A stretch of DNA of 64,000 bases from Macrostomum lignano (Eukaryota): contig NIVC01002850.1 of NCBI GenBank assembly GCA_002269645.1, positions 71,559 through 135,558 on the forward strand, written 5' to 3'. Shown one piece after another: positions 37,701 through 47,355 of the stretch. The number at the start of each line of letters is the position of its first letter. Position 1 is the stretch's first letter. Below the pieces are notes generated by a model that was not told the origin of the DNA, did no database searches, and worked only from the letters and a program-made list of their open reading frames with translations. The position numbers and the translations under genes were made by a program.

Positions 37701-37794
37701 GCGCGCTCCGCTGCCCTCGCTTGGTCCTGCCGCATTTGGCCGCCGCAGCAGTTAAGCGCGGCTCTCCACTCTCACCACGAGGAGGTAGCGGCAT
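34717..37794 (-). CDS. RTE-like APE-RT polyprotein, open frame but with an apparent in-frame deletion in the RT
   Basis: 1025-aa ORF. The segment IVAIP|ICLQSCAAK lacks the usual K...R linker of RT subdomains 1-2. The true initiation codon is uncertain because the ATG lies inside the ribozyme fold. Confidence 0.85.
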   Translation of the reverse strand: MPLPPRGESGEPRLTAAAAKCGRTKRGQRSARRRVERRRERNWRGRQRGAARRAAAALAQLDLPGGAGDHEAHQHRAPAVPEGTLRVGTLNCRTLKATWRRGLLARLALDLSCDVIALQEVSIRADPGLHCEDLGAGWTLWYTSADERGRGGVGALIGPRLQQSCRCISLSSRLLRVDVRLRGRNTRLFCAYAPPATRSDEAQAFFEQLSVRVEEMAQRDTVVILGDLNAVLRRSERSLFVTARENGNTGALEDFLERQDMVSANTRFRKSPGRLATFVGCKRRRRNARGRNATRRLAQLDHVLVRFRERRRVTNCHTITPLALRSDHRLLICDLRLRDPLYRPPKRPPRRYYRALRDAETRRRFAGAFVTAMGDKRGGAEYAEVSAAVRAAAEQAVPLMRPAQRGQPVWQDDPAIDEAREDLEKLRLSGRPTREAEEALAAVYLQRQQSAVDDAIQAVSAAGPDARGRVAWSAINTLTGRKRRIALNLAGDTPDERRNELREFFAAIVNAPPPPLPENLRLPPETPLPAEESFNVAPVSTADVVKFARQTPGGKALGPDEVPTEALRIHCVATEVARVMNRVLFGEVAPNEWTTAHIVAIPICLQSCAAKLFNRMLLSRLQPVLDPYLRPEQNGFRPHRGTVTQILALRRVIEEARIRQLTLILIFVDFRKAFDSVVRDALPEVLRAYNVPELLISAVMALYHGTTAAVSTPDGLSDFFETSSGVLQGDTLAPFLFILVLDWVLRTALPSNDDGFLLRRRVGRRQPERRLSVLGYADDLALLSSTVEGAQRQLDRLVAVAASVGLVVNTQKTVVLCVPDDTEAAIFCRGADGQASELPRCQQFVYLGGLVPDVRENLRRRRGLAWAAFRSIRSVLQSEALPDRQRAALFQAVIETVLLYNAETWTLTDSLEAQVDAAHAGLLRAAFKIGNERVTNTALYHRAGLARPSDLLRRRRLQLAGHVIRAEAYCPEPVQEVLLLTLQAPYRRGQARTRRYVDCLLADAGAPDSAGGAAFVRAQALKRAI
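37728..37793 (-). ncRNA. HDV-like (double-pseudoknot) ribozyme core at the RTE 5' end
   Basis: Minus strand reads P2 TGCCGC(T), P3 ACC, L3 TCCTCGT, P3' GGT, P1' GAGAGT, P1.1 GG, P4 GCCGC..GCGGC, J4/2 GGCCAA, P2' GCGGCA. The order and pairings follow the HDV/CPEB3/R2 ribozyme topology. The P1 5' strand is not adjacent. Confidence 0.78.
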
Positions 37795-37917
37795 TTATCT
37801 GCTTGACTTACTTGACTTAGCTGCAGGGGGCGTCCGGCGGATGCAGCGAGGAGGCGGAGGAGACCGCCCATTCCGCTAGCCCCTGGCGACCAACGACTTC
37901 CGTTGAAGTGGTGTCGC

Positions 37918-40900
37918 TCAGGGGGACCCGTCGGTCTCGCCTGCAGCGCGGTCCTCCTCACCGACGGTGGGGAAGAAATCAGCTCGTCCGGTGTCCCTGA
38001 GGTACCGGGCGAGCAGTGGGATGCTCTCGGGCCTGCAAACGTCGGAGAGAACCGGGTTTGGCCCGAGGTGAGTAAGCCTGGCCCTGGTGAAAACCGGGCA
38101 GTGGCAGATAAAATGCTCGGCGTTTTCACTGCCTGAGCGGCAGAAGGGGCACCGCTCCTCGGGTACTTGGCCCTGAAGGAAGCGGTGGCGAGAGAAGCAG
38201 CCATGCCCGGAGAGGGCCATGCTAACTGCTCTGAGGTCTCTGCGGTTGAGCCTGAGGAGGGCTCTACGCAGGAGAGGAGAGGGACAGGGGACGGCAGCAC
38301 GGGATTGCCTACAATTCCGGGTGTCGTGCCACCTGCGGAGATGCTCGGAGTCAGCCCAGCGCTTAACGCGGGAATTGATCACCGAGGCGGGGATGGGGGC
38401 ACCCGGGCCCGGCCCCAATAGCGCGCCGGCGGAGCCAGCCTTGGCCAGCAGGTCAGCGCGCTCGTTGCCGAGGAAGCCGGCGTGGCCCGGGATCCATCTG
38501 AGCTCCACCTGGTTGCCTAGCGCAAGCCCGTTGAGCTGGGTGTTGCAGTCCAGGACGGACCTGGAGCTGGCGGTGCTGCGGCAGAGGGCCCGAAGGGCTG
38601 CTTGGCTGTCAGAGTGAAAAATAAATTTCCGGCCGCTAAGCTGCCTTCGGCGCAGCTCTGCCGCGCAGGAGCTGATGGCAAGCACCTCGCTCTGAAAAAC
38701 ACTGGAGTTGAGCCCAGTGTGCTGGGAGTAGCTCCACACCACTTCTCCCTTGAAGAAGACGCAAGCTCCGAAGCCTGAAAGACCATGCCTCATAGAGCCG
38801 TCAGTGTAACAGTGGACTTCAGAGTCGCTCCAGCTGTCACTCGCCTCGTGTCGAGGCTGAATGGTGACCTTATACCTTTGGCTCAGGAGAAGGGTGGCTG
38901 GGATCGAGTCCGTGAGGATGTTGAGCCCGCCACACTCCTCGAGAGCCTTGAGGCAGAGGTCAGAGTGCGGGATAAGCGACCGCTTCTTAAAGGCCCGCAC
39001 TTTCTTGAAGGCCACCCCAGCATCCAGAAGACGCCGGGTGCTCTTCGCCGCCTCTCCTTTGATATAAATATCCAAAGGAGGGGCGCAGAGGAAGGCATTC
39101 ATGCCTTCAAAAGGAGTAGAGGGTGGAGCGCCCATAGTCATGCGGCAGGCTCTGCCCTGGATTTTGTAGAGAGCGTCGAGGTTGCTCTTGACGCTCAGGC
39201 CGCTAGCCCACACGAGGCTGGCGTAACTGATCGAGGGGCGGATGATGGCAGTGTAAATCCACCACAGCTTCCTGGGGGTGAGCCCCCAGGTGGTGCCCAC
39301 GGCGCGCCTGATCTGAGCCAGTACAGCCAGGGCTTTTTTGGCTTTAGTTTGAATGTGCGGAGTCCAGTTAAGCCTGTGGTCCAGAGTGAGGCCCAGGCAG
39401 CGGACCTGCTTCTCCATGGAAATATTCTTTCCATAGAGGGTGAGGGGCTTAATGGTCCAGAGCAGTTTGTTGGTAAACATGACTGCTGTGGTTTTCGACT
39501 CTGAGAGTCTAAGGCCACATTGGTCTGCCCAACGCTCCGCTCGTCCCAGAAAGCCCTGCAGAAGGTCTCTGATGGTATCAACCGAGGGGCCCGCGCATAT
39601 CGCGGTCACATCATCGGCATAGCCCACCTTGAGAATGGGGTCGTGGAGATCACTGCAAAGCAACTCATCCATGACCATGTTCCAGAGAACGGGGGTGAGA
39701 ACGCCGCCCTGGGGGCCCCCTTTCAGGACAGGCACCGAAAGAGAGCTGCCGCTCAGGTGGGCCACAACAGTGCGGTTTCGGATCATGAACATGATCCACC
39801 GGACAAGGTGAGGGTGCGTGGCCCTGGATTCCAGGGCTCTGCAAAAGGCCTCGAAGATGACGTTGTCGAAGGCCCCCTCAATGTCCAGGAAAAGCGAGAG
39901 GGCAAAGCCGCTGCCAAGAACGGCCCTCTCCAGGAAGTCAACAATGACATGGAGAGCACTCTCGGTTGACCTGCCCGCGCGGAAGGCGTGCTGGTTCTGC
40001 GAGAGTGGGAAGCGCTTCAGCTCGACCGAAAGTAGGCGCCAAAGCACCAGTCTCTCGAGGAGCTTGAGGCAGAAAGAAGTGAGGCTGATAGGCCTGAAGG
40101 CCTTCACCGATTGGTAGTCGCTCTTTCCAGGCTTGGGGATAAAGACCACCCGGGCCTCTCTCCATGCAACTGGTACATAGCCCAGCTCCATACAAGCTCG
40201 AAGGAGACGACAGAGCAGGTCCAGGAAGCGGTGGTTTTTCACCGCCTCGTGCAAGAACGCTGGGTAGATGCCGTCGGGCCCAGGCGCCTTGAACGGGTTA
40301 AAGGACCTTGCCGCTCTAATAATGCGGTCTTTGGTGATCATAGACTTTGCTAGGCCTTGCCCTCCCACTGTGTGGTCGGGCGGGCCCTGCTGAGTCGGAG
40401 ATTTAGGGAAAAAAACTGTTGAGCATGAGCTCTAGAGTCTCTTCCGAACTCTCTGTGACCGAGCCGTCAGGTCTCTTCACAACAGAGAGTTTAGAAAAAC
40501 GGTCATTAGTGAGTGCCTTAACCACGCGGGCTACGGGGCGAGAGCCCTCAAGCCCTTCGCAATATTGGCGCCACTTGGCCGTCTTGGCCCTTCTGACTTG
40601 GCCCTTAAACTCGTGGATCGCACGGGTATAGGCCTCTCTGTCAGATGGGTCTTTGGTTTTGAGCGCTCGCCTTTGGAGGGTCCTGGCTCGGCGCCGAAGG
40701 GCCCCGAGCTCTGGGTTCCACCAGGGAGCAGATTTCTTGCCTTTATAGGCCTTTAGGGGGCAGGCTGCTTCAAAGGCAGTGGTGATCGCCCCGCCCAGGG
40801 AGGAGGCGAGATCGTCCACCACCTGGCAGTCAGAGAGGTCACTGGGGGGTCAAGATCCCGAAGGCCGCGGCTCAGCTTCGAGCCAAAGGCGGCCCAATCG

Positions 40901-41622
40901 GTGTTTCTGACGTTCCGACTCCAAGTGACCTTAGGCTTTTGCTTGGTCGGCCCAATGCAAAAGCGGATAAAGCGGTGGTCCGAGAGCGAGTCCTCGTCCC
41001 ACACTCGCCAGCCCGTAACTGCGGAAAGCAGTCCGGGTGAGGCGATGGTGGTGTCGATGACTTCGGCCCACCGCCCATTATTGAACGTTGGTGCATTGCT
41101 CACGTTACAGAAGTTGAGGTTAGTGCTGCTGACATAGGCCAGCAGCTCCTCGCCTCTGCTATTGATGTTCTTGCTGCCCCAATGCAGGTGGTGTGCGTTC
41201 ACATCCCCTGCAATGAGCAGCTCGAACCGATGGGACGCAGCATAGTCAGTAAGGTTGACTAACGCGTCGCAGACAACTGGGGCATCGCCCGGGAAATAGG
41301 CAGAAGCTACCAGCACAGGTTTATTGGGAATGAGGTTATTGATTTGAACAACACAGATGTCCCCAGTCGAGAGATCAGGTCTCATCCATGCCTCAAAAGC
41401 TTTTGCAGCAAAGACCAGAGATCTTGGGCGAGGCTGAGAGCCCGCCATGCAAAAACAGTGGTAGCCAGATGGCACATTATTTGGCTTACCTTTAGTCATC
41501 CAGGGCTCCTGTACGAAGACCAGGCCCGGAAGCTGTTGCTCTGCCGTGCGCATCAGGTTGACCGACGCCGCCACGCAGTGCTGGGTGTTGATCTGCAGAC
41601 ACCAGGTAGTCGTTGGCATCAT
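37918..41622 (-). CDS. LINE ORF2: APE + RT + RNase H + zinc knuckle, interrupted by two 1-nt homopolymer frameshifts
   Basis: APE: QINTQH, VQEPW, GDVNAHH, SDH. RT: PKPGKSDY..FRPISL, LDIEGAFD, GPQGGVL, YADD. RNase H: YTDGS, FQSEVLAI, SDSQAAL, WIPGH..GNERAD. Knuckle: CPFC..EHFICHC. Frames switch at ~40846 and ~40412. Confidence 0.93.
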
Positions 41623-43139
41623 TGCAGATCGGATGTTGCAGCCGCCAGGAGTTCCTCCTCCTCCTCGGCGCTCACCGGCTTCGGGTCGGGGTCGCCGGTG
41701 TCCATGGGCTCTTCTTCAGCAAAAGGCCCCCGATTGGCCGGAAGGCAGTAGGCAGCGTTCGCCGCCCTTTGCCCACCATCCATGGGGTCCTCCGCCTCAG
41801 ATTGGCCCAATGCCCTGGAGCAGCCAGCCGCCTGGGCAGGCGGGTCCGTCTCCAGTCGGCCCTGCCCCGAGGGGTTGGGCCCAGCTGGGACGTCCCCACC
41901 CTCCCTGGACGAACTGGTGCGCCTAGGCGTCCCGGCGACCTCTCGCCTCAGCTGGGAGATTTTGGCGGTACGGACTGCCTCAGCTGCACGCTGGTACAGG
42001 CCGCGCCGCTTGGTGCTACGCGCCGGGCGTCGGTCGCCTCCGCCCTCAGCAGCGCGCTCAGCTTTGCCCGCGCGGCCGTGCTGCCGGGCAGGGCGGTTTG
42101 CTTTGGCAGTCTGAGCAGAGGCTTGCGCCTCGGCCCCGGCCGCCTCCGCATCCCGCCCGCCCTGCTCACTGCCACGGGGAGGGTCGGCCTCGTAGGAGCG
42201 GATGCGCAGCTTCCAAAGGCCGACGTTGATGAAGCTGCCGTGTGGATAACGCCTCATCCAGGCGTCCGACAGCCCCAGGATGGCTGTGAAGCCAGTGCCG
42301 TCGGTGCGCTTAAGGGTGTCATGCACCACTAGGCCCGCGGCGGGAAGCTCCCGGTTGACTGCTAGCAGTCCTTTCCGGAGCTCGTCAGCAGAGGTAACAA
42401 CGCTCCTGGCCGGGACCCAGATTCGATGCCTCTTGGTCCGGGGGCGCTCGTCCTCTCTGCAGAAGGCTAGGTTGAGGTCCCAGCTCTGCTCGGGCAGCAG
42501 CTCAAGGAGCCGCCGACCCGAGTCAGCATCACTGGGCCAAATGAGAAGGCACGAGTCCCTCGTCGCATTCGAATGAATGTTCAGACGCGTGCCCTTCAGA
42601 GTTTGCTTCCACAGGAGGCCATCAACGGCACTTCTCACCTGCTTCAGCTGATCGGGAGACAGGCGCGCGTCCTTTCCCAGGATGACAACCGCCGGTTGCC
42701 TCTTTGCCGCATCAGCGTAGGAGGCCCGGGGGTCAGTGGAGCTTTCTTCAGGTGGGCTGTCCACCCTCCCGGCTGCATCGGCCTCCCTATCCTGGGCAGG
42801 GGCTTCCGTGGGCTCGAGGCCCTCTTCCGCCACCGCCCCAGACTGGGGAGCTTCCGCTGCCGCGGGCCGTTGGCCCCTGGCACCGGTTTGGCTTCCGCCC
42901 TCCTTGGCCCGCCTCGCCTTGTTAAGTCGACGGCGGGCAGCTCCAGAGGTGGTGCTGCGTTTCTTAGCAGCTGGAGTAGCAGGTGTCTTCTCGGAGGCAC
43001 CGCTCAGAGTTGGCTCCACGGGTCTCGCCGAGGCGTCCCCGATGGTAGCAGGTGGTATGGCCGAGGAGTCCACGGCCCCAGCCGAGGCCGGAGGCACTGT
43101 GTCATCCACAGCCGGTTTGTTACTTCGGTTAGAAGCCAT
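41619..43139 (-). CDS. LINE ORF1 (506 aa from MASNRS), no CCHC knuckles seen
   Basis: Long ORF upstream of ORF2 within the TSD-bounded element, with a basic SGAARRR stretch, SYADA and a central globular segment. ATG at 43137-43139. Confidence 0.85.
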   Translation of the reverse strand: MASNRSNKPAVDDTVPPASAGAVDSSAIPPATIGDASARPVEPTLSGASEKTPATPAAKKRSTTSGAARRRLNKARRAKEGGSQTGARGQRPAAAEAPQSGAVAEEGLEPTEAPAQDREADAAGRVDSPPEESSTDPRASYADAAKRQPAVVILGKDARLSPDQLKQVRSAVDGLLWKQTLKGTRLNIHSNATRDSCLLIWPSDADSGRRLLELLPEQSWDLNLAFCREDERPRTKRHRIWVPARSVVTSADELRKGLLAVNRELPAAGLVVHDTLKRTDGTGFTAILGLSDAWMRRYPHGSFINVGLWKLRIRSYEADPPRGSEQGGRDAEAAGAEAQASAQTAKANRPARQHGRAGKAERAAEGGGDRRPARSTKRRGLYQRAAEAVRTAKISQLRREVAGTPRRTSSSREGGDVPAGPNPSGQGRLETDPPAQAAGCSRALGQSEAEDPMDGGQRAANAAYCLPANRGPFAEEEPMDTGDPDPKPVSAEEEEELLAAATSDLQ

Positions 43140-43633
43140 TGGCTGGAAGTAAAAAGGTGGGACTTCCTGCAGAACACAGGCAAAGAGCCGCAAGGCCGCA
43201 ACCCCAAACCAAGCGGCAGGCCCCCAAAAAGCAAAATACCACCCTGCGGGGGACCCAAAAGCGCAAGGGGAACCGTTAGCGACCAGACTACTCCCTGGCC
43301 AAGCGTCCATCAGCACGGAGTTACACTGGGACATTAGAGGGTGCGTTTATGGTCACACCAGGACCCGGCGCCAACGAATCAGCTCGGCAGGGCCCAAGGG
43401 GGCCTGCCTTAACACCCACGGGACGAGTACCCATCGAAGTGCGCCTTGCAAGGTGAAAATCAGGAGACAGAGTCTCTTGAGCTATCAGCCCGCCAGGGGA
43501 GGCAGGTGTGAGCATCGCTGGCTGGGATAAAGGCCATACCAGTCTCATACTGCACAGATAGTTCACCACGCCATTACGTGCAGGACCCGGGGTCCTGGGG
43601 GCAACAGCCCCGGCGCATTTATCTGCACCGTGG

Positions 43634-44239
43634 TGCAAATAAATTAAGACTGCAAATAAATTAAGACTGCAAATAAATTAAGACTGCAAATAAATTAAGA
43701 CTGCAAATAAATTAAGACTGCAAATAAATTAAGACTGCAAATAAATTAAGACTGCAAATAAATTAAGACTGCAAATAAATTAAGACTGCAAATAAATTAA
43801 GACTGCAAATAAATTAAGACTGCAAATAAATTAAGACTGCAAATAAATTAAGACTGCAAATAAATTAAGACTGCAAATAAATTAAGACTGCAAATAAATT
43901 AAGACTGCAAATAAATTAAGACTGCAAATAAATTAAGACTGCAAATAAATTAAGACTGCAAATAAATTAAGACTGCAAATAAATTAAGACTGCAAATAAA
44001 TTAAGACTGCAAATAAATTAAGACTGCAAATAAATTAAGACTGCAAATAAATTAAGACTGCAAATAAATTAAGACTGCAAATAAATTAAGACTGCAAATA
44101 AATTAAGACTGCAAATAAATTAAGACTGCAAATAAATTAAGACTGCAAATAAATTAAGACTGCAAATAAATTAAGACTGCAAATAAATTAAGACTGCAAA
44201 TAAATTAAGACTGCAAATAAATTAAGACTGCAAATAAAT
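43634..44239. repeat. Perfect 17-bp tandem array (tgcaaataaattaagac) x35 plus an 11-bp partial unit
   Basis: 43634-44228 = 595 bp = 35 x 17, and no variant units were seen. Confidence 0.97.
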
Positions 44240-44289
44240 AAGTATAAGTATATAAGTATATAAGTGTAAGTATATAAGTATATAAGTAT

Positions 44290-45315
44290 ATATATAGTTT
44301 AAATCCAAGACATCTATAATACCCTTCTATGATATGAAGAGCGGAGAGAGGTAAATAATTAATTGAGACTAGCTACAACTCCCCCGAGACTGTGCGATAA
44401 TAGTGTGGAGATGAACAAAATGTGAAATTCTTCCATATTTTTTGTGGAATTTATCCACTCATGTCAAAATTAATTCGCGGCGCTTGGGCTCCGTATGGAC
44501 CGTAGAGACCTTACTCATAGAGCACTCAGACCCTGCTCATATAGGACCAAGACCCTACTCATAGAGGACTCGGACCCTGATCATAGAGAAAACAAGCCCT
44601 ACTCAGACAAGATCGACTTAGTCCTTACTCAGCGAGAAATCTATTTCAGAGATTAATGAGATGTTGCGAATGTAAGGAGTGATGCTGAGAAGGAGTGATG
44701 CTGAGAAGGAGTGATGCTGAGAAGGAGTGATACTGAGAGGGAGTGATACTGAGAATGATGCTGAGAGGGAGTGATGCTGAGAAGGATTGATGCTGAGAGG
44801 GAGTGATACTGAGAGGGAGTGATGTTGAGAAGGAGTGATGCTGAGAGGGAGTGATGCTGAGAGGGAGTGATGCTGAGAGGGAGTGATGCTGAGAGGGAAT
44901 AAGTATGTATATATATATATATATATATATATAGTTTAAATCCAAGACATCTATAATACCCTTCTATGATATGAAGAGCGGAGAGAGGTAAATAATTAAT
45001 TGAGACTACAACTCCCCCGAGACTGTGCGATAATAGTGTGGAGATGAACAAAATGTGAAATTCTTCCATATTTTTTGTGGAATTTATCCACTCATGTCAA
45101 AATTAATTCGCGGCGCTTGGGCTCCGTATGGACCGTAGAGACCTTACTCATAGAGCACTCAGACCCTGCTCATATAGGACCAAGACCCTACTCATAGAGG
45201 ACTCGGACCCTGATCATAGAGAAAACAAGCCCTACTCAGACAAGATCGACTTAGTCCTTACTCAGCGAGAAATCTATTTCAGAGATTAATGAGATGTTGC
45301 GAATGTAAGGAGTGA
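44290..45315. repeat. Direct duplication of a ~390-bp unique block (44290-44680 and 44925-45315)
   Basis: The copies are essentially identical except gagactagctacaac vs gagactacaac, and each is followed by the 16-bp satellite. Confidence 0.92.
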
Positions 45316-47355
45316 TGCTGAGAAGGAGTGATGCTGAGAAGGAGTGATGCTGAGAAGGAGTGATACTGAGAGGGAGTGATGCTGAGAATGATGCTGAGAA
45401 GGAGTGATGCTGAGAAGGATTGATGCTGAGAGGGAGTGATACTGAGAGGGAGTGGTACTGAGAGGGAGTGATGCTGAGAGGGAGTGATACTGAGAGGGAG
45501 TGGTACTGAGAGGGAATGATGCTGAGAGGGAATGATGCTGAGAATGATGTTGAGAAGGAGTGATGCTGAGAGGAAGTGATGCTGAGAAGGATTGATGCTG
45601 AGGGGGAGTGATGCTGAGAGGGAGTGATACTGAGAGGGAGTGGTACTGAGAGGGAGTGATGCTGAGAGGGAATGATGCTGAGAATGATGTTGAGAAGGAG
45701 TGATGCTGAGAGGAAGTGATGCTGAGAAGGAGTGATACTGAGAGGGAGTGATGCTGAGAGGGAGTGATGCTGAGAGGGAGTGATGCTGAGAGGGAGTGAT
45801 GCTGAGAGGGAGTGATGCTGAGAGGGAGTGATGCTGAGAGGGAGTGATGCTGAGAGGGAGTGATGCTGAGAGGGAGTGATACTGAGAGGGAGTGATGCTG
45901 AGAGGGAGTGATGCTGAGAGGGAATGATGCTGAGAATGATGCTGAGAAGGAGTGATGCTGAGAGGGAGTGATGCTGAGAGGGAGTGATACTGAGAGGGAG
46001 TGATGCTGAGAGTGGTGATGCTGAGAGGGAGTGATACTGAGAGGGAGTGATGCTGAGAGGGAATGATGCTGAGAATGATGCTGAGAAGGAGTGATGCTGA
46101 GAGGGAGTGATGCTGAGAGGGAATGATGCTGAGAATGATGCTGAGAAGGATTGATGCTGAGAGGGAGTGATACTGAGAGGGAGTGGTACTGAGAGGGAGT
46201 GATGCTGAGAGGGAATGATGCTGAGAATGATGCTGAGAAGGAGTGATGCTGAGAGGGAGTGATGCTGAGAGGGAGTGATGCTGAGAATGATGCTGAGAAG
46301 GAGTGATGCTGAGAAGGATTGATGCTGAGAGGGAGTGATACTGAGAGGGAGTGGTACTGAGAGGGAGTGATGCTGAGAGGGAGTGATACTGAGAGGGAGT
46401 GATGCTGAGAGGGAGTGATGCTGAGAGGGAGTGATGCTGAGAGGGAGTGATGCTGAGAGGGAGTGATGCTGAGAGGGAGTGATGCTGAGAGGGAGTGATG
46501 CTGAGAGGGAGTGATGCTGAGAGGGAGTGATACTGAGAGGGAGTGATGCTGAGAGGGAGTGATGCTGAGAGGGAATGATGCTGAGAATGATGCTGAGAAG
46601 GAGTGATGCTGAGAGGGAGTGATGCTGAGAGGGAGTGATACTGAGAGGGAGTGATGCTGAGAGTGGTGATGCTGAGAGGGAATGATGCTGGGAGTGATGC
46701 TGAGAGGGAATGATGCTGAGAATGATGCTGAGAAGGAGTGATGCTGAGAGGGAGTGATGCTGAGAGGGAATGATGCTGAGAATGATGCTGAGAAGGATTG
46801 ATGCTGAGAGGGAGTGATACTGAGAGGGAGTGATGTTGAGAAGGAGTGATGCTGAGAGGGAATGATGCTGAGAATGATGTTGAGAAGGAGTGATGCTGAG
46901 AGGAAGTGATGCTGAGAAGGATTGATGCTGAGGGGGAGTGATACTGAGAGGGAGTGATGCTGAGAGGGAGTGATGCTGAGAGGGAATGATGCTGAGAATG
47001 ATGCTGAGAGGGAGTGATGCTGAGAAGGAGTGATGCTGAGAGGGAATGATGCTGAGAATGATGCTGAGAAGGAGTGATGCTGAGAGGGAGTGATGCTGAG
47101 AAGGATTGATGCTGAGGGGGAGTGATACTGAGAGGGAGTGATGCTGAGAGGGAGTGATGCTGAGAGGGAATGATGCTGAGAATGATGCTGAGAGGGAGTG
47201 ATGCTGAGAAGGAGTGATGCTGAGAGGGAGTGATGCTGAGAATGATGCTGAGAGGGAGTGATGCTGAGAGGGAGTGATGCTGAGAGGGAGTGATACTGAG
47301 AGGGAGTGATGCTGAGAGGGAGTGATGCTGAGAGGGAGTGATGCTGAGAGGGAGG
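44670..47355. repeat. 16-bp satellite (gagtgatgctgagagg) with 12-bp variants; two blocks, 44670-44895 and 45310-47355
   Basis: Direct reading. Confidence 0.95.

Larger units (their letters stand above)
34670..37802 (-). mobile_element. RTE-like non-LTR retrotransposon (single ORF, APE + RT), body; its 5' terminus lies at 43615-43650 beyond the nested insertion
   Basis: ORF 34717-37794 has APE motifs (TLNCRT, ALQEV, GDLNA, LDH, SDH) and RT motifs (QNGFR, FVDFRKAFDSV, GVLQGDTLAP, YADD), with no RNase H. It has a short 3' UTR and a (TTG)n tail at 34670-34687. The clade assignment rests on architecture and motifs. Confidence 0.9.
37803..43614 (-). mobile_element. Full-length LOA-clade (Lian-like) LINE with RNase H, nested in the RTE; 12-bp TSD
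   Basis: Exact direct repeat gcatttatctgc at 37791-37802 and 43615-43626. 5' UTR 43140-43614, ORF1, ORF2 (APE-RT-RNase H-CCHC), and a (TAAGTCAAG)-type tail at 37803-37820. Confidence 0.93.

Noticed and set aside
34949-43337. Many 60-345-aa ORFs overlapping the two LINEs on other frames or strands
   Set aside because: Shadow ORFs expected in GC-rich coding DNA; no recognisable motifs.
43140-43614. HDV-like ribozyme in the LOA 5' UTR
   Set aside because: The candidate P3/L3 units (GCC-TCCCCT-GGC; ACTC-GTCCCGT-GGGT) lack a matching P1.1 or P2; only simple hairpins are supported.
43634-44239. CRISPR-like regular array
   Set aside because: The units are head-to-tail with no spacers, the context is eukaryotic, and there are no cas genes.
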